From assembly GCA_963823665.1 (NCBI GenBank), contig CAWGMQ010000004.1, forward strand, positions 2,784,001 through 2,848,000: 64,000 nt of DNA, written 5' to 3'. The stretch comes from an uncultured Planctomycetota bacterium. GTDB lineage: Bacteria > Planctomycetota > Planctomycetia > Isosphaerales > Isosphaeraceae. Position numbers and translations under genes: made by a program. A model generated the notes under the pieces. That model saw nothing but the letters and a program-made list of their open reading frames with translations. It did no database searches and was not told the origin of the DNA. Positions 1 to 8,965 of the stretch are shown here, piece after piece (within the stretch, counting starts at the first letter, position 1; each line of letters starts with the position of its first letter).

Positions 1-152
1 CGCTTGCGTGAGAAAATCTTGTTTTGATTGGTGCAGAGCTTCTTGAGCAGACCGACGTCTTTGTAGTCAACGTAAGCGGGTCGCGGGCAGCCGTCGCGGG
101 TGCAGAAGCGACAGCGATTCTTGCGGTTACGACCAAATTTCTTCCGCGGCAT
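1..152 (-). CDS. rpsR: 30S ribosomal protein S18 (5' part, runs off window)
   Basis: Own translation: MPRKKFGRNRKNRCRFCTRDGCPRPAYVDYKDVGLLKKLCTNQNKIFSRK; CRFC and VDYKD S18 signature. Not in ORF track. Confidence 0.93.
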   Translation of the reverse strand, partial: MPRKKFGRNRKNRCRFCTRDGCPRPAYVDYKDVGLLKKLCTNQNKIFSRK

Positions 153-289
153 TTCCTGGCTTTCCTCTCATCGAACAGAATCGTGGATGTCGACGATCGC
201 GTTGTAAGCGTCACCGGCAGAGCCGGTCTTCGCGGTTCCGTCGGACCCAAGGTGGGAATCTGCAACTGTAATTCGATGCCCACGTTCCG

Positions 290-830
290 TCAAGCGCCCG
301 GCTGGATCGCACGATAGAATTCTCGCATCGACTCGACCTTGCCCCATTGCGGGTAAAGGGTTCCCCAAACGAAGACCATCACACCGCTGGCCGGAGAGCG
401 GGTACCGTGATCGAGTATTTCCGTGACCTGGGAGACGGGTACGGTCTCGCCCCAATCGGCGAGCTGGACGATCGGCCAGATCTTGATCCGTTCATCGGGC
501 AGGCCCTTGATGCCCAGAAATTGGCCGAGGGCTGCGGTTTGGCGGGAGATCCAAGCGGGATCAGCCGCGTGGCCGAACCGGGCGTGGTAGGGATGATCGA
601 GAAGACGTCGAGATACTTCGCCTGGGCTTTCAGGTCGATCGCCAGCTTGGCACGAATTGCACCGGCGAATTCGGTTTCCGACCACGGGCAGTGGAACGAG
701 CCGAGGAGCGCACCGGGTCGTTCCTGGTCCACCAGCTTGTCGCTCACGGAGGACGATCCGATCCAGATTGCGTTGATGCCGTATTCCTCACGACGGCGTT
801 AGCCTTAGCCAGACGGATCACTCTCGCCAT
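290..830 (-). pseudogene. Frameshifted, apparently internally deleted remnant of a TIM-barrel/glycoside-hydrolase-like protein
   Basis: Protein-like text switches frames: EYGINAIWIGSSSV..., GALLGSFHCPW...YLDVFSII, then PYHARFGH...WPIVQLADWGE...GVMVFVWG. Confidence 0.45.
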
Positions 831-1094
831 CGCAAGCCATCCTTCCGCTCATTCGGGCCGGTTCGATCGCGCTTGGTCAGCGCCTGAAGATAGCGTCTGA
901 CGGCGACCGAGGCAAAAGTGCTGTCGGATAAGCGACTGCGAGCCGGCAGTGTTGCAGTTGCATTCAGCGAGCGCCAGCAGACTTCCAGCGTGGCTCAGAG
1001 TCGGCCAGTCTTGTATCCTGAGATGCGGAGTGAATCCAAAGCCGTCTAAACGGCCGTTCGCGGTTCCGGGACCGCGATTCACTCCAGAATGGAA

Positions 1095-1189
1095 CACTCG
1101 CGAAGCCAGTGCCACCCGACCGGCAAGGTCGGCGGACGGCACACGGAGCGTGCCTGCTACAACGGAAAACTGGCAAAGCCAGTGCCACC
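1095..1189. repeat. Composite REP-like element, copy A
   Basis: Two cactggc(g/a)aagccagtgccacc-type units flanking gcggacggcacacggagcgtgcctgctac; aligns with 40130-40223. Confidence 0.85.
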
Positions 1190-1481
1190 TGCGGCGCAGT
1201 TGTTCGTCTTCGTGGTCGGTCGCATTGCCGATCTACTCGAGCTGGATTACGAGGCTCTTGGTATGACTACGTGGAGACGGCCCGACATGGACAAGGGGCT
1301 CGAAGCGGATCAATGCTACTACATCCACAACGCGGCGCTTGCCAGGGGGCGTGAGGAGTTGGAGCTGGAGGTCGATCCTCCGCCCGACCTGGCGATCGAG
1401 GTCGATATCAGGTCGAGCTCGCTCAATCGAATGGGCGTTCACGCCGGTTTGCGAGTACCAGAGTGGGAAACGAAGCCATGA
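1190..1481 (+). pseudogene. Uma2 (DUF820) family endonuclease fragment
   Basis: GLEADQCYYI...PPPDLAIEVDI...LRVPE motifs; N-terminus replaced by the repeat, C-terminus stops just after VPE. Confidence 0.75.
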
Positions 1482-2065
1482 CATTGCGGCTGGAAGAAGC
1501 CATGCGCTTCGCGGCGCAGGCTCAAGCCGGGCAATTGCGGAAGGGGAGCGACACACCCTATTTCGAACACCTCGCCGCCGTGGCGCTGATCCTCGATCGG
1601 GCGGGCTTCTCTGAAGACGTGGTGATCGCGGGCCTCTTGCATGACGTCGTCGAGGACACGCCCGTGAGTTTCGAGGAGGTGGCCGAACTTTTTGGCGCGA
1701 CGATATCGGACCTCGTCCGGCATTGTTCCGAGGTCAAGACCGACGAACTGGGCCACAAACGACCCTGGATCGATCGCAAACTGGACCACATTGACGCCCT
1801 GGCTACTGCGCCGATTGAAGCCCGCGGCATCATTCTGGCCGACAAGCTTCATAACCTGATTTCGATCGAGCTGGACCTTCGAGACGAGCGCCCTGTCTGG
1901 GGGCAATTTCACGCTCCGCGGGAGCAAGTCCTTTGGTATTATCACGCTACGATCGACATTTGCGGACAGGGTGATCCGCGGCTGGGGCGATTGGCGGTGT
2001 CATGTCGGGACGTGCTGGCGCGCGTTGAGGAAATTGGAGACGAGATACCGGACAAAGCGTGTTGA
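1478..2065 (+). CDS. HD-domain (p)ppGpp hydrolase-like protein (Mesh1/small alarmone hydrolase type)
   Basis: RKGSDTPYFEHL...AGLLHDVVEDT...LADKLHN motifs. Confidence 0.85.
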   Translation: MTLRLEEAMRFAAQAQAGQLRKGSDTPYFEHLAAVALILDRAGFSEDVVIAGLLHDVVEDTPVSFEEVAELFGATISDLVRHCSEVKTDELGHKRPWIDRKLDHIDALATAPIEARGIILADKLHNLISIELDLRDERPVWGQFHAPREQVLWYYHATIDICGQGDPRLGRLAVSCRDVLARVEEIGDEIPDKAC

Positions 2066-2308
2066 GGCAAAAAATCCGCGGGTCCGAAGCCATTATGGCT
2101 GCTGAATCAGTCATCGCGTCCGAAGCCGAACGTGACACTTTCGCGGCGTACGCTTGATCCTGCGGTTCCGGTAAGATAAATTGATCTTGTCGGTCGAGAC
2201 TTTGGTACGCATACGGCCGGCTTTCGTGTCGTGCTAGCGTGGCACGACGGACTAGAGCCCGCACTTGCTCGAGGCTGGTCTCTGGCGGGTCCGGGGAGGC
2301 TAGGAACG

Positions 2309-2462
2309 AAAGGAGGTGATCGCGTGTGTAGTGATAACCAGGGGCGGCTCGCCTAACGGCAGCCGACGGGTTGCCCGTCGGGCAGCCGCAACTCTTGACC
2401 ATAACCTTACGGTTGGGATCGGCCAGGTCTCTGGCCTTCGGGTTCGGGGCCTGGCTGAATCC
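2309..2462 (+). other. Extended Shine-Dalgarno + 10-aa ORF (MCSDNQGRLA, 2324-2356) + two hairpins
   Basis: aaaggaggtgatc at 2309-2321; stem ccgacggg/cccgtcgg after the stop; ggccaggtc...ggcctggct stem at about 2421-2456. Confidence 0.5.
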
Positions 2463-2514
2463 TTCATCGTGGGACTGAATTGACCGTGGTTTGAATTTGC
2501 AGAGGTTGATTTCG

Positions 2515-2634
2515 TTGCGTCACGCGTGCACAGAGAGTCTGTACGGTCTGTTTGCTTATCGCACCTGGCGGTGGTCCTGGGTGTTTACCAGGCTCACAAC
2601 CGTTCGCCGGGCCGAGGATGGAGTGTCACCTTAA
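2515..2634 (+). CDS. Aromatic-amino-acid-rich leader (attenuator) peptide
   Basis: TTG-start 39 aa MRHACTESLYGLFAYRTWRWSWVFTRLTTVRRAEDGVSP; 2 Tyr, 2 Phe, 3 Trp within 15 codons; gaggt 8 nt upstream. Confidence 0.75.
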   Translation: MRHACTESLYGLFAYRTWRWSWVFTRLTTVRRAEDGVSP

Positions 2635-2662
2635 CTCCACTCGACTTCCCAAAACACACAGT

Positions 2663-2704
2663 AAAGGCCCCGGCACCTTTCTCAAGGTTCCGGGGCTTTT
2701 TTTT
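2663..2704 (+). terminator. Intrinsic terminator/attenuator upstream of DAHP synthase
   Basis: gccccgg-c-acctt...aaggt-t-ccggggc stem followed by 8 T. Confidence 0.85.
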
Positions 2705-2782
2705 CGGGATGCATCGCCGAATGACTCCGACCGATTCGATGCGCGACGACTTATCCGCAAACGCCGCATCTCGCAGCATACC

Positions 2783-2858
2783 AACCCGAAGCGTCAGCGA
2801 GGTTGTGGCATGCAGGGCTGGTTTTTTCCTCCCAGATCCCTCGCTGGCGCTTCGGGTT
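2783..2858. repeat. REP-like inverted pair
   Basis: aacccgaagcgtcagcgagg ... cctcgctggcgcttcgggtt. Confidence 0.8.
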
Positions 2859-2910
2859 AGTGTCGGAACGAAGACTTTCAATCAGTAACCTTTTTGGAGG
2901 GCGGTCGACC

Positions 2911-3924
2911 GTGATCGTGGTCATGAAACCTGACGCGACAGCCGCACAGATCGAGCACATGGCAACACACATCGCCTCACTGGGACTTACGCCCCAGGTG
3001 ATCCATGGCACACACCAGACCGTCATCGCTGCACTCGGCGAGGAGCGACCGGGGCTGACCGAGGTCCTCGAGCCGGGTGAGGGGGTCGAAAAAGTCCTGC
3101 CCATCATGGCTCCGTACAAGCGAGCGTCTTCCGAGCTCAAGCACGAGCGCACCGTGGTGAAAGCCGGCGAGCTAGCGGTCGGCGGCACCCGGGTCGCCGT
3201 CATTGCCGGACCCTGCTCCGTCGAGAGCGAAGACCAGATCGTCAAACTCGCCCGCCAGCTCAAATCCATGGGAGCAACCGGTCTCCGCGGAGGCGCCTAC
3301 AAGCCGCGCACCAGCCCATACAGTTTTCAGGGACACAAGGAGCTTGGACTCAAGATGCTCGCCACTGCGGGCAAGGAGACCGGCCTGGCCATCGTGACCG
3401 AAGTCATGGCACCTGAGCATGTGCAGATCGTATCGGAATACGCTGACGTGCTGCAGATCGGCGCTCGCAACATGCAGAACTACCAGTTGCTCCAGGCCGT
3501 CGGCGATTCGGGCAAGCCCACACTCCTCAAGCGCGGGATGAGTGCCACCGTGGATGAGTTCCTGCTGGCCGCCGAATACATCCTCGACCGCAATAATCCC
3601 AACGTCATGCTCTGCGAGCGCGGCATCCGCACCTACGAGGATCACACGAGATTCACGCTCCCGCTGGCGACCGTTCCCTACCTGCACGACAAGAGCCATC
3701 TGCCGGTGGTCGTCGACCCGTCACACGGAACCGGCAAGGCACGGCTGGTCGCTCCCATGTCCAAAGCCGCCATCGCCGCCGGTGCCGACGCCCTGATCAT
3801 CGAGGTGCACGAAGACCCCGAGCACGCGGTGAGCGACGGTGCGCAGACCATCACGCCGGCGGCATTCAAGCAGTTGATCGAGCAGTGCCGGCGGATTGCG
3901 GAAGCGGTGGATCGGACGATGTGA
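2911..3924 (+). CDS. aroF: 3-deoxy-7-phosphoheptulonate (DAHP) synthase, class I-beta with N-terminal regulatory domain
   Basis: [43 protein letters not shown] start after ggagg. Confidence 0.95.
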   Translation: MIVVMKPDATAAQIEHMATHIASLGLTPQVIHGTHQTVIAALGEERPGLTEVLEPGEGVEKVLPIMAPYKRASSELKHERTVVKAGELAVGGTRVAVIAGPCSVESEDQIVKLARQLKSMGATGLRGGAYKPRTSPYSFQGHKELGLKMLATAGKETGLAIVTEVMAPEHVQIVSEYADVLQIGARNMQNYQLLQAVGDSGKPTLLKRGMSATVDEFLLAAEYILDRNNPNVMLCERGIRTYEDHTRFTLPLATVPYLHDKSHLPVVVDPSHGTGKARLVAPMSKAAIAAGADALIIEVHEDPEHAVSDGAQTITPAAFKQLIEQCRRIAEAVDRTM

Positions 3925-4118
3925 TGTCGGTCCGAACGGGGAAGTGCAACACGGACCGGACAACTTCCAGGAGAATGCATGAGGCGCCCAGCGACACGTG
4001 ACTCCCGCTCCCACAAGCGGCTGCGGTTCCTACTTGCATCTGCCGATGGATTCCGGACACTTGTAAGATTGTGTGTTGTGCGTGTGGATCACGGGGTCGA
4101 TACGCTGGGGAGCATGCC

Positions 4119-5849
4119 ATGAGAAAGATCACGACCGGCGGCTCGGGGCGAGCCGCTTTTGCGTCCGCTTTCGGGCTGATCGTCGCGGTTTTCTTGGCAG
4201 GAGCGAATGCCCAGGAGCCGCCGCCGTTCGCGGTCTGGGACTTCGGCGCGGTTCCGCACCCTGCGCCACTCGGGGCGCTCCTGCGCTCGGAGAGCGTGCA
4301 AGCCGAATTGAAGATGAGCGACGCGCAGAAGAAAGAAAACGCCGCAATCTTGGAGCGGGCGACCAAAAGGTTTCAGCAACTGCGCGCCGAGATCAAGGAT
4401 GTGGCGAAGCAGAGAGAGGCACAGGAGGCGCACGCGAAGCAATTGCGTGCCGAGTGGCTGGCAAACCTCAGTCCCGAACAGCGCAAACGGTTGGACCAGA
4501 TCCAGCTCCAAGGGCAGGGTCCATTCGCGTTCGCGTTGCCTCCGGTGGCGACAAGCTGGCTCGTAGAATCGATGCTTGTCGAACGGCTCAAGCTGTCGGA
4601 GGAACAGGCGCGACGCGCGCGCGCGATCTACAACGCTGCCGACAAGGAAATCGAGAAGGCGGCGAGCTTCCCGATTGAGCTGGATGCGAAGAACGGCCGG
4701 CCGACGATGGACGCCATTCGCAATCTGGTCGATCGCCCGGAATTTCAGACCGCCAAACAAAAAGCCGCTGAGGCCGGTCGCAAGGCGAGTGCCGCCGTGA
4801 CTAGCCGCATCGAAGAGATTCTCACCGCCGAGCAACGAGAAGCATATCGCAAGCTGCTGGGCGACCCAATCGACCTCACCAAGCTGCGGCTTGGCCCCCC
4901 GGGAAGGGACGAACGGGAATTCGATGCTCAGCAGGTAGCGAACAAGCTCGGCGGCGGTGGAGGCGGAGGTGGAGGCGGCCAGCGGGCCGATCCCAATTTC
5001 AGCACGAAGGTGGCTCATCCCGCGTATGCGTCCGCACCCAAGCACCCGCGCGTCTTGTTCGACGAGGCCCATCACAACTTTCACACGGCCAGTGGGCGGT
5101 ACAAGCCTTTCGCCGACCTAATGGCAAGCGATGGTTACCAGATCATCCCGAACCCCGAGAAGTTCACGCGCGAGGTATTGAACAAGGGCGACATCCTGGT
5201 CATCGCGAACGCGTTAGGGGCTGAACGTATGGGCCAGCCCGGCGCCGCGAACCCGGCTTTCACCGACGCGGAATGCGAGGCGGTGCGCGGGTGGATCGAA
5301 GAGGGCGGCTCGCTGCTTTTCATCTCCGACCACGCGCCGATGGGCTCCGCTGCCGAATGCCTGGCGAAGAAGCTGGGCGTGAGCATGAGCAAGGGCGCTA
5401 CGTCGGATGCATCGCACTCGGAAGGCGGTGATACCTGGCTGGTGTTCACCCGGCAGAATCAACTTCTGAGCGACCACCCGATCACCCGTGGCCGCGACGA
5501 GTCCGAGCGGGTCAACCGTATCCAGACATTCACCGGCACATCGGTCAGGGGCCCGGAGGGGAGCGTGCCGATCCTCAAGCTGGCGGATACCGCGGTCGAT
5601 CTGGCGATGGGCGACGGGCAGCAAGCTTCCGCGGCCGGCAGAGCCCAGGGCGTCGCGTTCAGCCTGGGCAAGGGCCGCGTCGTCGTGATGGGTGAAGCAG
5701 CCGAGCTTTCGGCTCAGGTCATCGGCGCCGACGAGAAGTTTGGAATGAACGTGCCAGGGCTTGATAACCGGCAGATGGCGATCAACATCATGCACTGGCT
5801 GTCGGGGCTGCTCGAGCCGCGGCAGGTGCCGCTCAAGAAAGCGGGCTAG
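4119..5849 (+). CDS. Secreted protein: Spy/CpxP-like helical repeats + Gly linker + DUF4350-like domain
   Basis: Signal peptide; LSPEQRKRL/LTAEQREAY repeats; poly-Gly; VLFDEAHHNFHT, GGSLLFISDHAP. Confidence 0.7.
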   Translation: MRKITTGGSGRAAFASAFGLIVAVFLAGANAQEPPPFAVWDFGAVPHPAPLGALLRSESVQAELKMSDAQKKENAAILERATKRFQQLRAEIKDVAKQREAQEAHAKQLRAEWLANLSPEQRKRLDQIQLQGQGPFAFALPPVATSWLVESMLVERLKLSEEQARRARAIYNAADKEIEKAASFPIELDAKNGRPTMDAIRNLVDRPEFQTAKQKAAEAGRKASAAVTSRIEEILTAEQREAYRKLLGDPIDLTKLRLGPPGRDEREFDAQQVANKLGGGGGGGGGGQRADPNFSTKVAHPAYASAPKHPRVLFDEAHHNFHTASGRYKPFADLMASDGYQIIPNPEKFTREVLNKGDILVIANALGAERMGQPGAANPAFTDAECEAVRGWIEEGGSLLFISDHAPMGSAAECLAKKLGVSMSKGATSDASHSEGGDTWLVFTRQNQLLSDHPITRGRDESERVNRIQTFTGTSVRGPEGSVPILKLADTAVDLAMGDGQQASAAGRAQGVAFSLGKGRVVVMGEAAELSAQVIGADEKFGMNVPGLDNRQMAINIMHWLSGLLEPRQVPLKKAG

Positions 5850-5855
5850 ATCGGT

Positions 5856-5922
5856 TTTCGCGATTCTGGGTTGGCGATTGGCCCGGGCGTGGAGCACTGG
5901 CCACTGGTGGGGCCAGTGCCAC
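5856..5922. repeat. Composite REP-like element, copy B
   Basis: Aligns with 40084-40150; lies between convergent genes. Confidence 0.8.
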
Positions 5923-6035
5923 GTGCCGCCCGAAGGGCTTCGGTCTTGCAGAGGGCGGCGACCCTTCGGGTGCCCGGATACGCGCGCCCAACGAGAGTTG
6001 AATTTGCAGGCGTGCTCCAAGAGCCGCGAAGCGGC

Positions 6036-8525
6036 TCATTTCGGCCGGTAGGCGATTGCGCGGCGCACGGCGGGGGGCACGGGGGCATCTCTTCCCTTGA
6101 TCGCCCGCCAGAGTATTTCGTTTAGGTCGAAATCGTCGATCTTGTCGTACTCGTCGAAATTCATCTTGCTCGACCGATCGGCGCCGTAGGCACCAAGGGT
6201 GTTGACCTCGTTCAGATCGATTCGGGGTGGTTCGGGGGAATACGCGGCGAGAGACGGCGTGTTCGTGAACGAGGCGAACATCGGGCGGGCTGCTGCGTCG
6301 AATTGTGATAGTGGTGGTAATCCGAGAATCAGCTCGATGGTGCGAATCATGCTGACGGTGCTGTACTGGCTGCTGTCGAGGTGCTTTCGCTTGGTGTAGG
6401 GACTGATTACCAGGCCGACGGTGCGGTGGGCGTCGACGTGGTCGGGGCCGTTCTGGGCGTCGTCTTCAATGACGAAGATTGCGATCTGGGGCCAGTACTT
6501 GCTGCGGCTGATCGCCTCGACGATCCGGCCCAGCGCGAGGTCGTTGCTTGCGACGCAGGCTCTCGGAGTGTAAGTACCGGGCCTGGTGCCGGTCGTGTGA
6601 TCTTCGCCCAGGCTCATGACCATGAACCGCGGGAGTGAGTCGGTCTTTTCGAATGCCTCCAATTCCCGGATGAATGTTTCGGCGCATTCCGGGTCGCGGT
6701 CGCGGCCGCCGGTGCGCTTGGGAACCCCGAAGTCGGGGCACATGTGGCCCAGTAAACCGGGAACGGCGCCGTCGATTCTGAACGATCCGTCGGGCTGGCT
6801 GACGCGACGTCCGTACTCTCCATAGCTGCGGTAAGAAAGGCCGGCCCGGGCACAGGCATCCCAGAGATAACCGGAGGGTGCGTTCGACAAATCGCCATCA
6901 TCGTCGTCTTGAACGCCGGCCCGTCCTGAGTACGTCAGCGCCCAATTGCGGGCGATGTAGTCGGTGTTGTAAGCCATCGTCGACCAGGGATGGCCGTCGG
7001 CCGATACATGACCGTTGCAGTAAAGGTTGTCGAGCAGTACGAACTCTTCAGCCAGCTTGTGGTGGTTGGGGGTCACGTCGCGGCCGAACATCACGAGCGA
7101 GGGGTCGCCGTTGCCTCGCGTGAGGTCTCCGAAAACCTGGTCATACGTGCGATTCTCCTTGATGATGTATAGCACGTACTTGATCGGCGACGGGTCGCCG
7201 ACCCGGGTTGGAATGGCGGTTTTCTCGGGATAAGGAGCAGCCTCGAGCAGCTTGTCGGAGTATGGGCAATTCTTGTAGACCGTCTCGGTGTAGGCGGCCA
7301 GAGTCTTTTCGTCAGGTACGGGGACGATGGTCAGCGATCCGGAAAGGGTCGTGCCGATGTATGGGAACGGGAGGACGCGGCGCTTGGCGAGGTCGTCATT
7401 TGCCGTTTTCCTCTCGGTTTTTTCGCGCTCGATCGGGTTGGGTTTGGTCTGGTTTCCTTTGCCGACACCGACCAGCAATTGCTTGCTGTCCGGCGTGATC
7501 GCGACCGCGGTAGGATACCACCCGGTTGGTATAAATCCCTTGACTTGGCTCCGGCCTGGAGTGGCGACGTCGATCACGGCGATGTTGTTGTTATCGGCGT
7601 TGGCGACGAAGAGGGTCTTGCCATCGGGTGAAATGACCAGCGCGTCGGGCGTGCTGCCTTCGGGCGCTCGAGGGAAGAGGGCGGTGTGAATCGTCTCGGT
7701 CACGACCCCTCGCCTTGTGTCGATGACCGAGACCCAGTTGCTCGAGGCGCACGCCACGAAGATCCGGTCGTCGGTCGGGGAGACGGCGATCTGGTTGGGA
7801 TGGTCGCCAACGGCGATCCGGGCAACGGTGCGGAGATCGCCGGGGTCGATCACTCGCACAACCCGGCCGGCCCAGTCGGATACGAAGAGCTGGTTGCCGC
7901 TTCGCGAGAGGGCGACGTCGTAAGGCCGGCTGCCGGCCGGCGCGGATTTGAGTTCCTTATGGTCGTTGAGGGTGAGGGCCGAGATGGTTCCGGCGTCGAC
8001 ATCCAGTGAATAGAGGACCTTCCGAGGAGCGTCGAATGCGATGCCGGCGCGGAAATGGCGGGGCTCGCCTTTCCTCGAAGCCTTGCTCGGCGACTCCGGG
8101 CCGCTCGCGCGGGTGAGCCGGCTATCCTTTAGATCAAACGCGTGGAGCACATTGGCGCCACCGCCCGACCACCAGATGTGATCGCCAGCCGCAGTGGCGG
8201 CCAGGCCGAACCAGCTTTGATTGACGGCCTGGCGGTCGATGACTTTTCCTTCGTGAAGATCGATGATAGCGAGCTCGTGAGCGTTGTAGCCGGACGTGGC
8301 GGCAAGTGCATGGCGGTTGCCGGCCAGTGGGATGATGTTGAGAGGAAGATCGGCGAGGGCTACGGGCCTGCCGGCTGGTTTCAAGGTCCAGCCGTTCGGG
8401 AGCAGGAAATCGTGATCGGTCGAGCCTGCGTAGCGCGGCTGCTCCTGGGCCCGCGGAGCACTCACAGCGATCAAACTCCAAAACAGGAAAGCCGACGCCG
8501 CCAGGAACGCACGCTGCCTGGTCAT
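6036..8525 (-). CDS. YVTN/YncE beta-propeller + phosphoesterase (alkaline phosphatase superfamily) protein
   Basis: Signal peptide; GFIPTGWYP; IIKENRTYDQVFGD; EDDAQNGPDHVDAHR. Confidence 0.88.
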   Translation of the reverse strand: MTRQRAFLAASAFLFWSLIAVSAPRAQEQPRYAGSTDHDFLLPNGWTLKPAGRPVALADLPLNIIPLAGNRHALAATSGYNAHELAIIDLHEGKVIDRQAVNQSWFGLAATAAGDHIWWSGGGANVLHAFDLKDSRLTRASGPESPSKASRKGEPRHFRAGIAFDAPRKVLYSLDVDAGTISALTLNDHKELKSAPAGSRPYDVALSRSGNQLFVSDWAGRVVRVIDPGDLRTVARIAVGDHPNQIAVSPTDDRIFVACASSNWVSVIDTRRGVVTETIHTALFPRAPEGSTPDALVISPDGKTLFVANADNNNIAVIDVATPGRSQVKGFIPTGWYPTAVAITPDSKQLLVGVGKGNQTKPNPIEREKTERKTANDDLAKRRVLPFPYIGTTLSGSLTIVPVPDEKTLAAYTETVYKNCPYSDKLLEAAPYPEKTAIPTRVGDPSPIKYVLYIIKENRTYDQVFGDLTRGNGDPSLVMFGRDVTPNHHKLAEEFVLLDNLYCNGHVSADGHPWSTMAYNTDYIARNWALTYSGRAGVQDDDDGDLSNAPSGYLWDACARAGLSYRSYGEYGRRVSQPDGSFRIDGAVPGLLGHMCPDFGVPKRTGGRDRDPECAETFIRELEAFEKTDSLPRFMVMSLGEDHTTGTRPGTYTPRACVASNDLALGRIVEAISRSKYWPQIAIFVIEDDAQNGPDHVDAHRTVGLVISPYTKRKHLDSSQYSTVSMIRTIELILGLPPLSQFDAAARPMFASFTNTPSLAAYSPEPPRIDLNEVNTLGAYGADRSSKMNFDEYDKIDDFDLNEILWRAIKGRDAPVPPAVRRAIAYRPK

Positions 8526-8789
8526 GGAACCTGCCTCCAGCTCAACGAAGTCACAGGGCACGAGCCGCTACGGGTGCGCTCCATGCTGACGCTTGAGAAT
8601 CGGCGAGTCCAATGAGTTTTTGGTGTGGGTGTTATTTTGGCGGGTTTTGTCTGCGCTCGCGCGCGCTTACAGAATGAATTTTGCCCATTCATCGATCTGA
8701 GTGCTGGACCGCGGAATCTTTCTGGAAATTTCCCGGTCGACCGGGCGGCGAATCCGCAAAGTCGTGGCGTACTATAGACGAGGGAGCGC

Positions 8790-8965
8790 GCTGCGGGGCG
8801 GCGTTCTGCAGTCGGCGGCAGCACTGGCAGGTCGACACAGACTTGGCCGGCGTGCGCGAGCCCAAGGCAATCGGCGCACTCCCCGAGCCCGAGCGAGACG
8901 CCTGGCGCGCTCTCTGGAAGAATGTCGCCGACGCTCTGGCGAGGGCGCAGGCAGGCAAGTCATGA
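8790..8965 (+). pseudogene. C-terminal remnant of a planctomycete Ser/Thr kinase-TPR protein
   Basis: QHWQVDTDLAGVREPKAIGALPEPERDAWRALW resembles the typical kinase tail; no upstream coding body. Confidence 0.6.

Noticed and set aside
2095..2157. Short ORF ending ...RDTFAAYA resembling a tmRNA tag
   Set aside because: No tRNA-like 5'/3' ends, T-arm or CCA recognisable around it.
2309..2321. Possible 16S rRNA 3' fragment on the minus strand
   Set aside because: Match limited to about 13 nt; flanks do not resemble rRNA.
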